DNA from: Lepidodermella squamata
Lineage: Eukaryota; Animalia; Gastrotricha
Direction of reading: 5' to 3'
Assembly (NCBI GenBank): GCA_047495785.1
Contig: JBLDXI010000046.1
Coordinates: 248,001-312,000, forward strand
Length of the DNA stretch: 64,000 bases
The notes under the pieces are model-generated. The model was not told the DNA's origin. It saw only the letters and a program-made list of their open reading frames with translations, and did not search any database. A program made the translations under genes and the position numbers. This document shows, piece by piece, positions 1 to 13,960 of the stretch; positions within the stretch are counted from its first letter, which is position 1; each line of letters opens with the position of its first letter.

Positions 1-514
1 CAAAGTGACGAATTGACGAAATGACGAAATGACGAAACCACCACCAACTTAACAACAAGCAACAACTTAAAAGTTTAGTGTTTTGATCACACGTTTTGAT
101 CACGTGTGCACGTGTGACCTTTGACCTGCAAAACAGGAGTATAATGGTCCCTGTCAAAAAAATCGGAACAGCAGGACCCCTCAGGTGAGCAGATATTAGG
201 AAATACACGAATCTCGTATTTTCGCTTCGCGTATGTTTCAACAGCTAAAAGATTTGCACAGGCAGAATGCGTGATATATCTCGGATATCTAGCTTGGACA
301 GTGGAAAGCTTTTTATTTTTTCCTCTCTTAGTAACGAATGACAATTATTACGTCATGAAGGGAACTTTTATAGACTATTCGGTTGCTAAGTAATTTTTTC
401 TTTTATCAGTGTTGTATATAGTACTTAACATATTTAATAAATACATTAATAATAGCATAATACTTCTTGAATTGCGCCTAACAATGTAACTTCCGATTTG
501 AATAACATTATTGT

Positions 515-1568
515 TTATGCATGGCACGACTCAACAGTGGCACCATTGGCGGTGACCGTGTCTGTAGTTACAACGCCAGGTAAGGGTGATATAAGCATGC
601 AGCAATCGACGTAGGTTGCAGCTGAGTAGGAGTAGTCTTTAGTACGCTAAGTGCCAAAAGAGAGTACAACGATAAAGATGAATCATTTAAAACTCTACCA
701 GGTCTCCAACAACATTTCCATAAGAGCTGCCACCAGCCGTATAAGGAAAGCGTACACAACCAGGACGTTCAGATCCATCAACGTACGCGGATGTTACTGC
801 GTACGGTTGTCCAAAGCCGATTTTTTGAATACATACTGTGGGTTGACACCTACTTTAGTTCCGCCAAAAGGAACCATCTCCATTAAGACAGTATCAGCAG
901 ACCCTTTCGCGGCATTACAGCAATCATCAAATGAAGAAAACGTATTTGGTGAAGCAGAAGATATCTTAAAAAAGATCAACAACCAAGTAGGGACATTTTA
1001 GTGTCAACAGCTCAGGCTTACTGTTGTATCAGTTGTAAGGACTGAGTTACATGCCCCAGCATTCGATGTGCAAAACATAACATTGGTTTTCGTGGAAGAT
1101 GAATCGCCAGTTGTTTTCGTTATCACGCACAACGTGTAGATAAGCTGGTTTATCATAATTCAGTTAAACTCCCGAGTGGGAATGAATAGTAATATAAGTT
1201 ACCGGGGTGCTGCAAGCTTGTCCACCTGGGCATTGATTAGCGCTTTTCAAGATGCAGTTCTTAGTGGATGCGTCGCAAATGTTCGCAGGAGGTGTACAGG
1301 TTTGACTGCCGGGACACGAAGGGGCTGGCGATCCAGATTTTGCAACACAATTGTTTGATGCTGCATCACATACCTTAGCCGATGTTACACATGAAGACCC
1401 AGGACTGCAAGGATTGGTGGTCGTATAGCAGGACTGGCCATTTGGACAAGTCGCCACTGGGGATTCTGTGCCGGCTGTTGACCTCGGGCACGGGGTGGTG
1501 GACGTTGGAGGGCACGCACTGGCAACGGCACAGAAAGCGGCAAGAATGATGAGGATTGAGTAATCCAT
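515..1568 (-). CDS. Secreted cysteine-rich protein, 5 exons, no recognised family
   Basis: Signal peptide MDYSILIILAAFCAVASA, then CPxxQxC / CDAxxxNC repeats. Hand splicing through GT-AG introns (1145-1202, 965-1021, 797-849, ~648-700) keeps one frame (LIYTLCVITK..., SFDDCCNAAK..., TYVDCCML...ESCHA) to TAA at 515-517. Confidence 0.7.
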
Positions 1569-2359
1569 GAAGAAATGTTGCTAACAAATCCTGAAGAAAC
1601 TGAGCGAAAAACGAAAGGAAAATTCTGCGAATGGCTCATTTCTGTCCGCTTAAATAACCACCTGGGACGCATGTGTTTGTTGAACTCTGTCCAATTTGTT
1701 TCGGCCCGCACAAGGTTACCGAGTTCGACTCCATGAAAAAATGGTAGCCGGGCGGCAATAGAATCATTAACCAACTGAAAGTTTCAAATCAACTCTACAC
1801 TATAGCCAGATGAATTTTTGCCTTGGTTTGTTTCAGTTAATTGCTTTTTTCCACATCTAAGCCTTAAATGTCAATAGCCAACTCCGCGATCAACCTGTTT
1901 CATCTGCGGTGACGCCTGAAATGGCTTAATCCTGTTGCACTGCTGGAAGAACCGAATGCAGCTAATGTCACTAGCAAATCTGTCCTCCGCCTGCGCTTTG
2001 GTTAGTTCCTTTCCTGGTGTGTTGTGGTTTGCTAATGACTAACCATTCCATCAGCACATTCTCCACTGGCCAGACTGAAAACCTCCAGGGATCAAATTGC
2101 GCTTCGATAAGATGTCCTCGCCTCTAGTGTCAGTTTATCGCGACCAAACTGTCTCCAAACATGCTAGGCGTGGCTTTTAAGGTTGGCAATTCCTGACTTG
2201 GAGCCTAATTCCACTGAAATTTCAGCAGACTGCCACCATTGATCAACCCAGCCCCACCCTGTCAGCAGTGCTTACGGTGAGACATTCAAAAATCGAACTA
2301 CGACTTGCCGATCGTGGAATTCTGGCTGTCGCAGGGAAGACGCAACTTAGCACTGATGC

Positions 2360-2462
2360 GGTATTCTGTTGAGGAACCTACACTAAGGAGGGTGGAAGTG
2401 GTCCATGTAACGGCATTCGACTAATCGTTGTGAACCTGCAATCGTACGTCATCGTGGCTCAC
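2360..2462 (+). pseudogene. Helitron PIF1-helicase fragment (frameshifted)
   Basis: ILLRNL followed in another frame by GPCNGIRLIVVNLQSYVIVA, matching the Helitron helicase motif LLRNL..GLCNGTRL.V..L....I.A. Confidence 0.55.
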
Positions 2463-2557
2463 AAACGAGTAACAAAGTAACACAAATTTGGGAATATATT
2501 CATATAGTTCCGTGCGGAAAATCACTCATGAGTTGTCTCATACCATGTGATCATTAA

Positions 2558-2773
2558 AGGGCGGGCCACAAACTCGTGTGCACTTCCTGATTTTGCTTGG
2601 TTGAATTAGCGTATTAGGTTGAATGTTCTTTTGTGGCATGGGTCCCGTCAAAATCAAATCAGCAAATCGTCAAATGATGATTTTTTGCACAAAATGCTAA
2701 AAAGTTTGGCGATTTGAATGTTGACGAATGAATTGGTGATTTGACACGCGTTTGTGGCCCCCCCCCCCCCCCC
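2558..2773. mobile_element. Non-autonomous TIR element flanked by TTAA (Kolobok/piggyBac-type MITE)
   Basis: ttaa|agggcgggccacaaactcgtgt ... acacgcgtttgtggccccc(n)|ttaa: imperfect inverted ends with TTAA on both sides. Confidence 0.6.
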
Positions 2774-2858
2774 TTAACAATTACCGTTTTGTGTTTTTTG
2801 ATTCAATGAGAGCTTCGAAAGAAGTGTAACTAGCGTCTCATCTCATTCCACTGTGAAT

Positions 2859-5576
2859 CTATATCAAATTATGCTTTGAAAAGCGAAAGAACGCAATCAG
2901 AGAACTGCTAGAAATGCCAACGATCAGAGCAAAGCAAGCTGTTAACAGTGTCAAAGCACGGCCATTTTGGTAAATCATCAGTCCGATCAAAATGGTCCCG
3001 AAAATGAGCGTAACCAGGCCAAAGATGAGATAGCTCCACATTTTTAGCTGAAATTCTAAAGCTTTGATCTTCGCAGTAACCATCTTCGCATCTACTAATA
3101 GCGCTTTGATCATCGATGAACAACTAAGGGTTGAGAAAACAAGTTCGAGGCAACAAAGCATAACGAAAATGGCTGCAATCGAAACCAGAATGATCGTGAG
3201 ATTCGTCGCAAAAATGTGCAATACATCACATTCTAGGGTGACGTAGGTCAACTTCAGGCTCTCGTCGAATGGCGAGAACATTGTCTGCAAAATGTCAACC
3301 CGGCTTGCCAACGGAGAGGAGATCACAGAAGCAATGAAGAACATTGAAGAAAATCCCAGTAACAATAGGAAAATCCGGCTTCTTAACTTTCTTCCTTCCC
3401 CTTTCATAGAAGCAGATGATGTGCGAGTTGCAATGCTGCGAGTTTGAGTAGACCGATTGGAGTAGGGATATACCTTCATCGGCTTCGGTGCGTTTTTCAA
3501 TTCATTCGCAATTAGATTCCTCATATTGGTCAATCGAAGCAGTAATCCGGCAATTACAAGGCTCAGTCCTACCCAGAATAGGAACGACATTATCGAGCAG
3601 TAGTAACCAAGGTCTGATGAGTAGCTAATCGGCAGAACAAGACCATGTGAAAGGAGAGTTATATCCCCTACAGCGATCAAAACATCATCGATAATGCATT
3701 GATTTTTAAGGAAATTCCCGGCAGTTTCGTCCAGTTTGCAATGAAGAGGAAACAAAGAAGCGAAACGATGATAGCGCATAGACCTAAAGCATTCCGACAT
3801 AGTATATCGATTAATTCTTGAAGAGTCAAAATCGACTTACATTTAATCAAAATATTGAGAGGTACCTCCAAAATTGGAACACGAACGATTTGAACTCGGA
3901 CTTCATCTTTAGGAGGCAATCCGTCGTGTGTACCCCAAGTGATCGTATTATCGTAGAGAACCAATGGATTCGCCGGTCTAAGGTTTGACTTGTAATAACC
4001 AACTGATTTGCTCTGGCTGAACACATTGCTGGAATTCGTTTCGTCCAAGTAGAACTGTCGATAAACAACTGGCATGCTGCCAGAGGACCACGCTGTTCTT
4101 CGATCGAAGGAATATTCGCCTTTCAATCCAGTCGTAGATAAATTGTAAATTTCATCTCGGATAATTTGCAGAATTTGTTCTGGATCTTTCGCAAAATTTG
4201 CCCTGTCTGTGGTCCACTCGGATAAGGTCATGTTTCCTGGTAAAGCGAGGAATAAATTTGTTTAATCAATCGATTTACTTGAATATTTCAGAAGAATCAT
4301 AAAGCTTTACTTTCCTATTCAAAGCCTTTTCAAGCTCAAACTCACTTGTTCTCAATGTTGTTTCAGTTTGATTCAGGATGAGTCCAACCGCTATGTACTT
4401 ATCATAGAACGCGGGTATCCAGTAGTCCCATCCAAAAACTTGATCCGGATTATCGATTTCTTCCCTCATGCGGCTAAAAAGCCCGTCCAAAGTTGCCCCA
4501 GTCACGTCTGAATGATTTCCTCCGTAAATATCCGACAAAGGTGCGTCCCCGAGGAAGAAAGTTGAACTCAGAATATCAAGTAACATAGCCTTAGTGCACC
4601 ACGGTGACAAGTGCGGCGGAAGTTCGCCTGTCTCATCAAAGTAACTCCACGCAAATGAAATGAATACGAAGCCCGGTCCGTAGAGTCCGTACTTGTGAAG
4701 ATGACAAGCGATGGGTAGATTGAAAAAGTTAAGTGAGACAATGATCCGAGGTTCTCTGGCCTTCAACTCGCTGAAGAGGGATTCTAGCTCATATGAATCA
4801 TCTGTATTCACCCTGAGCTTCCCAATATAAGCCAAGGTCACATTTCTATCATCTAGATTTGTGATTAAGCTTCGTTCGAGCTAGAAAACATAAGTATTTA
4901 AAAGGCCTGAACTACAAAGTCTTGCAAACCATTCCATTGAATAAATGAGAGTCACTTAGGACTGAGATTCGCTTCCAGCCAATTTTTACGATGAACTCAA
5001 CCAATGCGTCGACATAGTAGTCTGCTCTTTCACCGAGTGAATAAAAATTGCGATTCAGTTCTCTGTTTTCATAGAACGAGATATCGTTTGAGAAAGCCGA
5101 TATTGCAATGATATTGTGTGGCTTCGTGAACAGGGCTGATAAAGTCTGAGCGCTACCCGAGCATTCCGTCAGCGAGAGGATCGGAAGTCTCGATTCGACC
5201 GAGAACTGCTCGTCCATTTTTTCGATTAGATTCCTTGTTACAACAGCGTCATCGCACTATAAAAGGTAATTTTTTGATAGGCTGAATCAAGGCCTAAATA
5301 TCTTACGTCATCTTGAACAAGTTCGAAAGAAAGGTCGTAGTCTGGTAGCCAATTATTCATAGAACGCAGACGCTCAAGGGCGAATTCAGCTACGACTGTG
5401 GCCATGGGACCGATGGGTATGCTACCCCTGTAAAATGTGGACGCGAGTACCTTGATAGGCTTTCTAGATTCAATCGAAGAGTTTAAGCGAACGAGATTCG
5501 GCATATCTTCACTCATGTTATGCTTAGATGCAGCGGCTCCTATCAAAGCCAGTATTAGATAAACGTGTAGCTCCAT
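2859..5576 (-). CDS. GABA-B-like class C GPCR, paralog 1 (signal peptide, Venus flytrap domain, 7TM)
   Basis: Multi-exon. Signal MELHVYLILALIGAAAS; VFT motifs WLPDYDL, GWKRISV, CHLHKYGLYGPGFVF..W, GLKGEYSF; seven hydrophobic segments with Cys at the TM3 start and in ECL2; no cysteine-rich domain. Confidence 0.8.
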
Positions 5577-6993
5577 TTCTAAATAAACTTTCAGAAGCAA
5601 ATCTTTGCAAAATGCTCGAGACTCGTTTTCGAAGTGTTCCATAAAGCTCTATTGCAGGAGAGGCGGCAGCGGAATATCCGGCATTCTTCGATTTCAATCT
5701 CAAAACATCCGGCAATTTCAAGCTATTAAACTATCCTTCGGTATCGCGAACTGAGAAATTAGAGCCTAGAGTGCGCAGGCTATTTTCCTGTTGCTAATTT
5801 TCAAAGTTTGAACGAGATTACCAGCAGGAGCGCATTACTTTAGTTCAATCTCACGAAAGTATATCAAATATCCTACAAACAGGACAGGGCTAGAATTATA
5901 CCAAGCGTTGGAGACCTGTTTTGACCTTGGCCATGCAAGTAAATGTTCATAATATTTCCTAAATTTAAAAAAAACCGGAGTTAGAGGCACAGGAAAATTC
6001 GCCGAAACTTTGACACAGAAAATGATTTGACGTTCATTCTTACTCCATATAGGAGGTCATTTCATGCATCATTGATCAGTCACAGCCTTGCAGTGACATG
6101 TCTTGCTGTCGAAATATTATTTCCAAAAACCTTGGCCTAATTTTGTTACCCATCACAACTTCTCGTTAGCTTATTCTCCGCACAATATCCACGCAACTTG
6201 TCGCTAATTCTCAAATCAAGGAAATGTCTATTCCATGTCCTAATAACGCATTTTTCATATGAAAAACAATAAATCAATTGCTCGATTCAATGAATGCGAA
6301 TCCTTAGAAGTATTTTTCAGTACGTACGATGCTAGGTCAAATGACGAAGCATTAGCCCATGGCCCACGCCATAAGCATGATTTAGGTATAGGTGTTAATA
6401 GAGACATCGACATCACACGATAAATCAAACGTATAAAGCAATTCAATGTTCTCGATTTAACAGGGAGCTCATGCCTCAGTGCGCATCGATGTCGATTGTT
6501 GATCCGAGACATTTCGATCGATTAATTCAGAAAAGTGATTGTCCAATAGCTTTGAGACATAAAGACATAAAACTGAAATTAAAAGACATCATGATGATTA
6601 TTAGGACTGTCGCACAGATGATGCGTCAATATGAAGACCTCAGATCATCAGACAAACAGACGCTTATATATAGCCGCAGTTTTCACTGACCTAGCTGTCC
6701 ATAAGCCCCTTGATCCCTTGATCCTCATGTTAGGAGCTAAGGGGCACTTTCGGATATATTCGGCAGCCAATGGGTCCTCCTGTGGCTTTAACGGGTTTCC
6801 TGTCTGGATCGCTTGAGCTGGCGGTATCGGTAGTATCAAAACCCTCATTTCCCTCTAGACTTTAGACTCTGGTAGTAATGCTTATTCCAGCTTTCCTGCT
6901 GGAAAAAAATGCGCGGGAATATTATTTTCGAATTCCTTTTCATTATTATCAAGCCTTATCTTTTCATTCAGGCTGAATAATTAATAATTGGGA

Positions 6994-7746
6994 ATGAGTT
7001 CCATTTGCGCGAGACGTAAGTCGACTACAATTTACTGTTATATTTCCATGCTAGCTTTTGCCGCTCATTTGCAGTGAGGTGCAGTAGACCGAGCCAGGAT
7101 CTTTTGATGAAGATACAAAACTATGAACCAACGCTATGTCATGACAAAGGAGAGGCGCCGCAATCGTCAGATTTTAGCGAAGAGGAAATCTTTCTGCTGA
7201 GAACATCGTTCGAAGACCTTAAGCGAGAGCGTGACCTTGTTGCTTTGAAAGCAGTTCAAGGGTAAGTCCCAACTTTTTTCGTGAATTCCATATTTTATTC
7301 GAGCTGATTTTTGCAGCGTTGCAGCCGCTAGGCCAGACGTTGTTCCCATAATTCAATCAGCCAAAAACGGCTACTATCGAAAAATGGACAACTGGGAGCA
7401 ATTAGGCCTTGGAATAATCCTGTTGAGTGGTCTGGAACGTTGTTTACTTCGACTTGACCGTCCTGAGTACATGGACCTATACTTTGACAACCTTGTGACT
7501 AAGCACGAAAGGGTGATGCACGTGCCACGGGAGATGATGCAAAATTCGTTGGTCATAGCAATGCCGATCTTTCTTCATCACATTCAACGCCGTCATCACA
7601 GCGATTGCAGTAGCGAATTTTCACATGAAACAACAGAAGATAATGCCCGAGATTCGTACCCCCAATGCCCGTTGTGCAAAACATGGCGAAAATTCTTCAA
7701 CTTGATGATTTACAAGTTGGGCCACGCTAAAATCGCCCGGAGCTGA
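6994..7746 (+). CDS. Divergent globin, 3 exons (6994-7015, 7075-7261, 7317-7746)
   Basis: A-helix FSEEEIFLLRTSF, C2 Pro (AARP), E helix LGIILLSGL, F8 His (LVTKH), H helix TWRKFFNLM. The phase-2 intron 7262-7316 falls at globin position B12.2. Confidence 0.75.
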
Positions 7747-8043
7747 TTTTTCACTAGAAATAAGAGGTTTCTTTATTCGTGAAATTCCGACTCAATGTGT
7801 GTATGTATTTCATTCATGGGGTGTGGAACTGGGCTGCCTGAAGCGCGTTTTTGAGGCTCTCAGGCAAAAACGTGGCCTAGTCCTACATCCGTCCCATAGG
7901 ATTCCACAATTGTAATAAATGCACGTTACTAAGTAATGCTGAGCTATTAGACTTTTTGAATACATTGTCACAACAGTTAACTTGCTTCAATCTTCAATAA
8001 AAGCCTGCGATATTCGGAATCCTGTACCGATATTCGTTCCATA

Positions 8044-8518
8044 CGGGCGCCGTCGTTCACAAATTCAAAAAACTGAGAAATTTTCAACACAATGGTTGCC
8101 CCCTTGAAAATTGCGATTTTGCAATAAATAACACAACCCAGTAGGTAATCGATGACGCTCTGCACACTGGTTACCGTTTTATCTCTCAATTAGCTAACCG
8201 TAACTGGCAATTAGCAAAAAATAAAAAAATTTGAATCGAAGTGTTTTTCAACTCATTTCTAGGGTTAAAAAAATCGCCGAATCCGAAAATCACATTTTCA
8301 ACTAAAAATTCGGCAATTTGAATTTTTTTATGTCATTTAGGCCCAGTTTTCGACCAGTTAGACCTGAAATAAAAATCTGGAAAATTCACCAAAATGTGCG
8401 GCTCAAAAAGTTACTAAATATACCTGTTTTCAGCGTTCTAGAATGATTTTTAAGGGTGGTGACCATTGTCTCAAATGACAAAAATGTTGTAAAAATAATT
8501 TGTGAACGACGCCGCCCG
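8044..8518. mobile_element. Tc1/mariner-type MITE
   Basis: ta|cgggcgccgtcgttcacaaatt ... aatttgtgaacgacgccgcccg|ta: TIRs with TA target duplication. Confidence 0.75.
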
Positions 8519-8599
8519 TATGTCAATTATGGGCGCGCATGTTTTCGGTCGAATTCTTGAAAGAAGAAAGTCGCAATCGCCAGAGCTCCGATCACAATC

Positions 8600-9500
8600 G
8601 AAATTGAAGCTACGAGTATTGTCATGGCTTGACCGTTACAGCCCAGCAGAATCCCGATTATGGCGGAGGCCGCTAGTATTGTCAATTCAGTACGAAATAC
8701 CCCCACATTTTGTGTATTCTGAACTCCGGCACATTATCGACCGAGCTGCTTAGCTTCCTTAGAATTTTTACAGATGAAGAATAGCTAACGACCGTAGCCA
8801 CCTCTTTCAACTTGAATAAAAGGAATAACGAAACGCTGATTGCTGCCGCTATTTCAGAAGCCTTAAAGCCAGTTATCGAACTGGTTGCATCGCATTCAAG
8901 TCGGATGAAATAGAAAATCAAGCTATCGTCTTCATCTGATATTTTGGTCTCTCCGAGGGTATGTTTCACCTGGACAGGGTCAGATGCAATAGAAACGATG
9001 AAGTTAAGTACTGATAACATCGGCAGGAAGAACCACGCTAGATCGACCCTTCGAAAATCCTTCGGAGACGACTTCGCCCGAACCTTTTTGATATGAATCG
9101 ATTTCCTGTTTCGATACGTCGCCATGGATACGTTTGGAGTGCAGTCCTGTTCGATAAATCGCAACCCCTGCATTCGCTTGCATTCGAGACGAAGCCGAGA
9201 TGAAATTCAATTCAATGAAAACAAGAGAACGGCCATACTGGAGCAGTGGGCGACAACATTTGCGAATTTGTGAGTTGGAATAAGGAAAATATGAACAAGT
9301 AACACTAGGCTGTTCGGCATTGTTCTGCAGTGCAAACACCGGTCCGGGGAGTCAATCACCAATCATTGCAAGGCAAACCAAGAGCCAAGCTAAAATCAAA
9401 CTTCCGAACAACCCTCTGAATAATCGACCTCATTGCACTTCAGCCGGTCCAATTTCATTACTGGCAAGAGCTCATGTGGATTGGAGGAAAGAGTGTTCAA
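8600..9500 (-). pseudogene. Class C GPCR pseudogene, 7TM part only; resembles paralog 2
   Basis: DEDDSLIFYFIRLECD, SVSLFLLFKLK and HKMWGYFV match the paralogs. Frameshifts and stops are present and no VFT exons were found. Ends are approximate. Confidence 0.7.
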
Positions 9501-11667
9501 ATCCACAGCCTTTACAAATATTTAAATTCCTTTTTCTTAAACTTGAGGGGTTTCACTCGGGAAAATGGTTGAGGTCGGGATATTGCTGTCCTTCGTCTAA
9601 ACGCTGCTAGATTGGCAAGGCGCTGCCAGTTCATTTCATTAAGAACAGATTCGCTTTGAAATTACGGCAAATGACTGATCCGTTTTGAAGCTGTAGGCCT
9701 TATATCTAAGCTTTCCATCCATTATCAGTTCGGTGTCATTAATTCGGTAGGTTCCTTCAATAGTTCCGAAGCAAGATGCCACCGCCCACACCCAATTTTA
9801 TTTCACACACAGAAATGGCAGATTAACAGCGCATAAATTAAGGTGGAATCGTGCAGATTGGAATAATCAAGCTGAACTACTATACAATTTATTTTTAATG
9901 CAGATATCGCAGATACCGTGACATCGCAGAGATTTGAGGATTGTTTCGGGTCAAAAGCTCTGTCGACTGACAAAAGCCCTCTTCATCTCGCTCTTGCCTT
10001 GATTGCCTGCCATCGGGATCACCAAACTTTCATACGCCCCTTGATTGCGAGCTGCGGCGGTCAAGACGGGTTCTTCGCCGACTAGTGGGTGAGCGGCAAC
10101 AGAGCACACCTATATCACGCACAAAATAGATGAAATGATAAGTGAGAAAATTGCACGAAATTACCAGTAATGCAAAGAGAAAAGCTGTAGCTTGCATGAT
10201 GGCTTTGCGAATTCGAGAGAAATGATGTGAAGAAGGAATTGGAATTTTAACAAATGAATAATACGAAAGTGAGCGCGGGAGCTAGCTAGCTCCTTTGATT
10301 ACACAGGCTTCTCAGCTGACTAATAATTTTAATCGTCGCGAAAAATGTTGAACAGCTGCGTTTCGTTTACGTGACAGGATCACGTGGCTTAATGGTTAGG
10401 GGAGTACGTGATCTTCATGGGACCTATCCAGCCGAGATCACCTCATCAACTCAGTCAGCAATAGCCGATCGACGCTCGTCTTGGTCTAGGAACGGTGCCA
10501 ATACAGCTTGCAGTGTCCCACGGTGCTTGAGTGTTTTTGATACATTAACATGCCTTACTGTTTACTGTGGTAAAATCATTCAGATGATAAGTGCACGCCT
10601 ATAAAGTTCATAAACATTCGAAGCTAATGTGACTTTATTAACGGAACGGATTTTTGCTACCCGTAGATTGACAAATTTGGGCAATTATGGTTGCGGGACC
10701 AAGTCGGACCAATAGCTAAGGTTCCTAGGGGGTCTGAATACACCAATATCAGCTTTTAGTTACTTCAGAAGGTTTAGTTGTTTATTATGCCAGAGATTGA
10801 AGTCAAATGCTGGATGGCTGTAATGGATGGTTTGACACATAAAAGTTGTTTGAAGACCCAATACCCTAATTTCCTGGAGAATTCGGCTTTAGAAGAATCA
10901 GAAGTAGAGTCTGAATGCTCATACAACATACAAGTGCTTGTCAAGTTCTAACTTCATCAGAAGCATGATAAATTCATAATGAATCATATACAACTGAAAC
11001 CCCCAAATTGATGATATACATGAAAAGCGCGTGACCCAATTGATATAAAATATGTAAATATCACGCTTAAGCTGCCGTCGAGCCACCCAGAATCAATCGT
11101 CATAGCGAGAAGTTCGCTACACAAATTTCACTATAAACCAGGTTGGCAAAGTACAAAAGTCCGTAGTTTGGCTCGAGGCACTCAATTGTATTCGTTATAG
11201 TCCAAGTTCCCTATAAGATCTGTGCATTGTACTCATCTCAAAATCTGTCCTCGGTTAGAAATTTCAAACAATTCACGGCCTATCTCCAAAACTGTCGCAA
11301 ACAAATCGAAAAAGCTATTGCGAATCTGCTGCGATGCCGCCTTTCACCACTTTATTTTTCTTCTATCAAATAATAAATTCTGTATGAAATATAGTGCCAT
11401 GCTTCACGTGCATCTATTGTAATTTGAACGCAGCTGTTCAAAATGCTATGCTGTTTTATGCCGCATTACCGCATGTTTGATCTATTAGGGTTTGATCATG
11501 CTTGCCCCGCGCCAATTTGTTCAATGATGATATACATCTCATCGAAAATAAGGGTCTAAGCTATACTTTGTATTTTCTATCACCCTAATTAGAGTCCTTT
11601 TTCTAGTGCGCGATTCGAAACTTTTATTGTTTCTCATAGCAACTGTCAAATCAAAAATTGAAATGTC

Positions 11668-13307
11668 TTAGCGCGCTTCAAGAATTATTTCAAAGGGGGG
11701 CGCTAAATTAATAATTCCAGACAGGTATTCATCGAGATTGATCGGCTTCGAGAGTCTGAAAGAAAACTTTCGCAAGATGGATACGAAGAACAGGAAATAT
11801 TCGACACGAGCTAGTCCTTCGCCCAGGCATATTCTAGGCCCTGTGCCGAATGGCATGAAATGCGATGAATGACCCATCAATTTGCCGGTGCTTTCATCGA
11901 TCCAGCGTTCTGGAATAAACGCGTCTGGACTTTGCCAGTATCTCGGGTCGTGATGAACTCCTGCAACGTTGTAGACGACCGCCGAATTCGGAGGTATGTC
12001 ATAACCGGCGATTTTGGCGTGGCTGTCGAGGTTTGAGTGGTACAGAGCAAGCGGGGCGATGCTAACCTTACGCAGAATTTCGCACATAACAGCATCCAGG
12101 TAGGGCAAATGAGGCCGATCGGCCACGCTAGGTTGCCTATCAGTGTCGTAGAATTCATCAGCACTGTCGTGACATTTCTTCTGGAATTCTGGATAAGTTG
12201 ACAGGTGAAGAAGGGTCCAACTCAGCGCCGTTGCCGTAGTCTCAGTACCAGCGATAAACATGTCAACCATGACGAACGTGAAATCACGAATAGACAACTT
12301 TTCGTTCGGATCGTTCTCCATTTGGATGAATAGATCTGGAAAATCGCGTATGTTCTCCGCGTTGTAATCAGCCCTGTGGTCTTCGATGGCTTTGATCAGC
12401 ATCTTCTCAACGTATTCGACTATTTCCAAATGACTAATTGTCTGTGATCGAGATTGGTATAAAACTTCTGATATGTAAATCATCATATTACTCATACCTC
12501 CCGTGGTATTTTAAAATGGGCCAGTATTGGGAAAGCAAAAAACTTTTTCCTCTCGCCGGTAACATTGCGCAGTGTTGCAGCAATATTGTGTAGCATTTTT
12601 TGAAAAACTGGATCACCGTACTCGAATCTGTTCAATAAGGTATTAATAACGCATCCACAGAGGTTCGTCAAAGTAGCAGGTCACCTTTTGCCGAAAACAA
12701 ATTCGCAAATAACATTTGAAACAGCATTAGCGATAAGCTCTCGTGGGTCAAAAGGCTCGGTGGCATGCTTCGACATTTCATCAATGAGCTGCTCGACTTC
12801 GAACAAAATTTTGCTCACCATCACATCCTTGCCCATTCCTAATAAAACAAGCCGCTTTTAATTTCGACACCATACAAATAATTTTGAATTACCGAAATCT
12901 CTCATGGCTTTCAGGCCGAAACGGCGGTGCTTTCGCCATTTATCATTACTGGTGGTAAGAATTCCATTGAGCAGCGGTCCGTATGACGGCAAGTACTCTG
13001 TAGCTCTCCCGCTGAAGATTTTCGACTGGTTTACGATAGCTTCGCGAATCAATTCGACATCGTTGAGAATGATAACGCGAAATTGGCCCAAGTAGAACGT
13101 GCTTATTGGGCCGTACTGTTCGCCGAGGTCGCGGAAAAATTGCCAGATTTTCTTCGACTTTGGATTAGTCGCGTCAGGCATAAGCAAAGCATTGCCGAGG
13201 AAAGGCGCTGGTGTCGGGCCTGGAGGTAACTTGAACCTCTTGTCCAGAAAATATCGATAAGAGCCGTAAAGTACAGCAGCGCCGGGAATTAGTGCCAAAT
13301 ACAGCAT
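11668..13307 (-). CDS. Cytochrome P450, CYP2 clan, 4 exons (13307-12893, 12838-12685, 12627-12498, 12441-11668)
   Basis: N-terminal anchor plus PPGP, WxxxRRF, I-helix AGTETT, ExxR (EILR), PERW and heme motif FGTGPRICLG. Three 54-57 bp GT-AG introns keep the frame. Confidence 0.93.
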
Positions 13308-13829
13308 TTTTTCTTTCAAAATTGTAATAGAGGTGGAGTTGTTTTTGCTTGTTCTATAGCAGATAATGTTTTTGTCAAAAAACAGGATTTGTTACTGTCA
13401 ACCTGTCAAAAGCATCCATTTGCATAGACCGCAATTGTCAATACATTTTTTTACCTGAGCAAAAAAACTGGGTTTTTTCCTGTTCATGTTTTTTTCATCA
13501 CGTATTTTGAACATTAGACGAACATTAGGCTCTGTAGCGCCGATTGCATTTACTCGAAAAAAACGAGCAAGAAATAGAGAATTTTCTTGTTAAAATAGCT
13601 GTGCCACCTTGGCCAATATGTAACGCGTAAAAGCACAGTGCATAGTCCAATCATGACTAATAAATTCCTCTCTATTGGAAAAACACGTCACTTCTGTGGT
13701 GAGGTGCCAGGAATTCACTTTCTGCTGAACTGTTGAGACCTTCTATAATATTTGCTAACAGTTAACAAACAATTTGCAATAAAATGAGTATGAAAACAAT
13801 TAAACTGACAACATGATCTTAGAGTACAA

Positions 13830-13960
13830 TTTTCAAACAAACCCCCTTGACGTTTCGACAATTTCTGAAAAACGTAAGGGTCCCCCCTGTTGATTTGCTA
13901 ATTTTAGGCTCAAAATGGCTCTATTTACCCCCCTCAGAGCTGGACCTAGTCGGATCACTG
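13830..13960. mobile_element. Partial copy of the ~150-bp hAT-type MITE family
   Basis: Shares aaacgtaagggtcccc...ctcagagctggacctagtcgga with the copies at 57860 and 60256; another partial copy lies at ~29325-29445. Confidence 0.6.

Noticed and set aside
651-1001. 116-aa plus-strand ORF
   Set aside because: It lies antisense to spliced exons of the Cys-rich gene and has no recognisable motifs.
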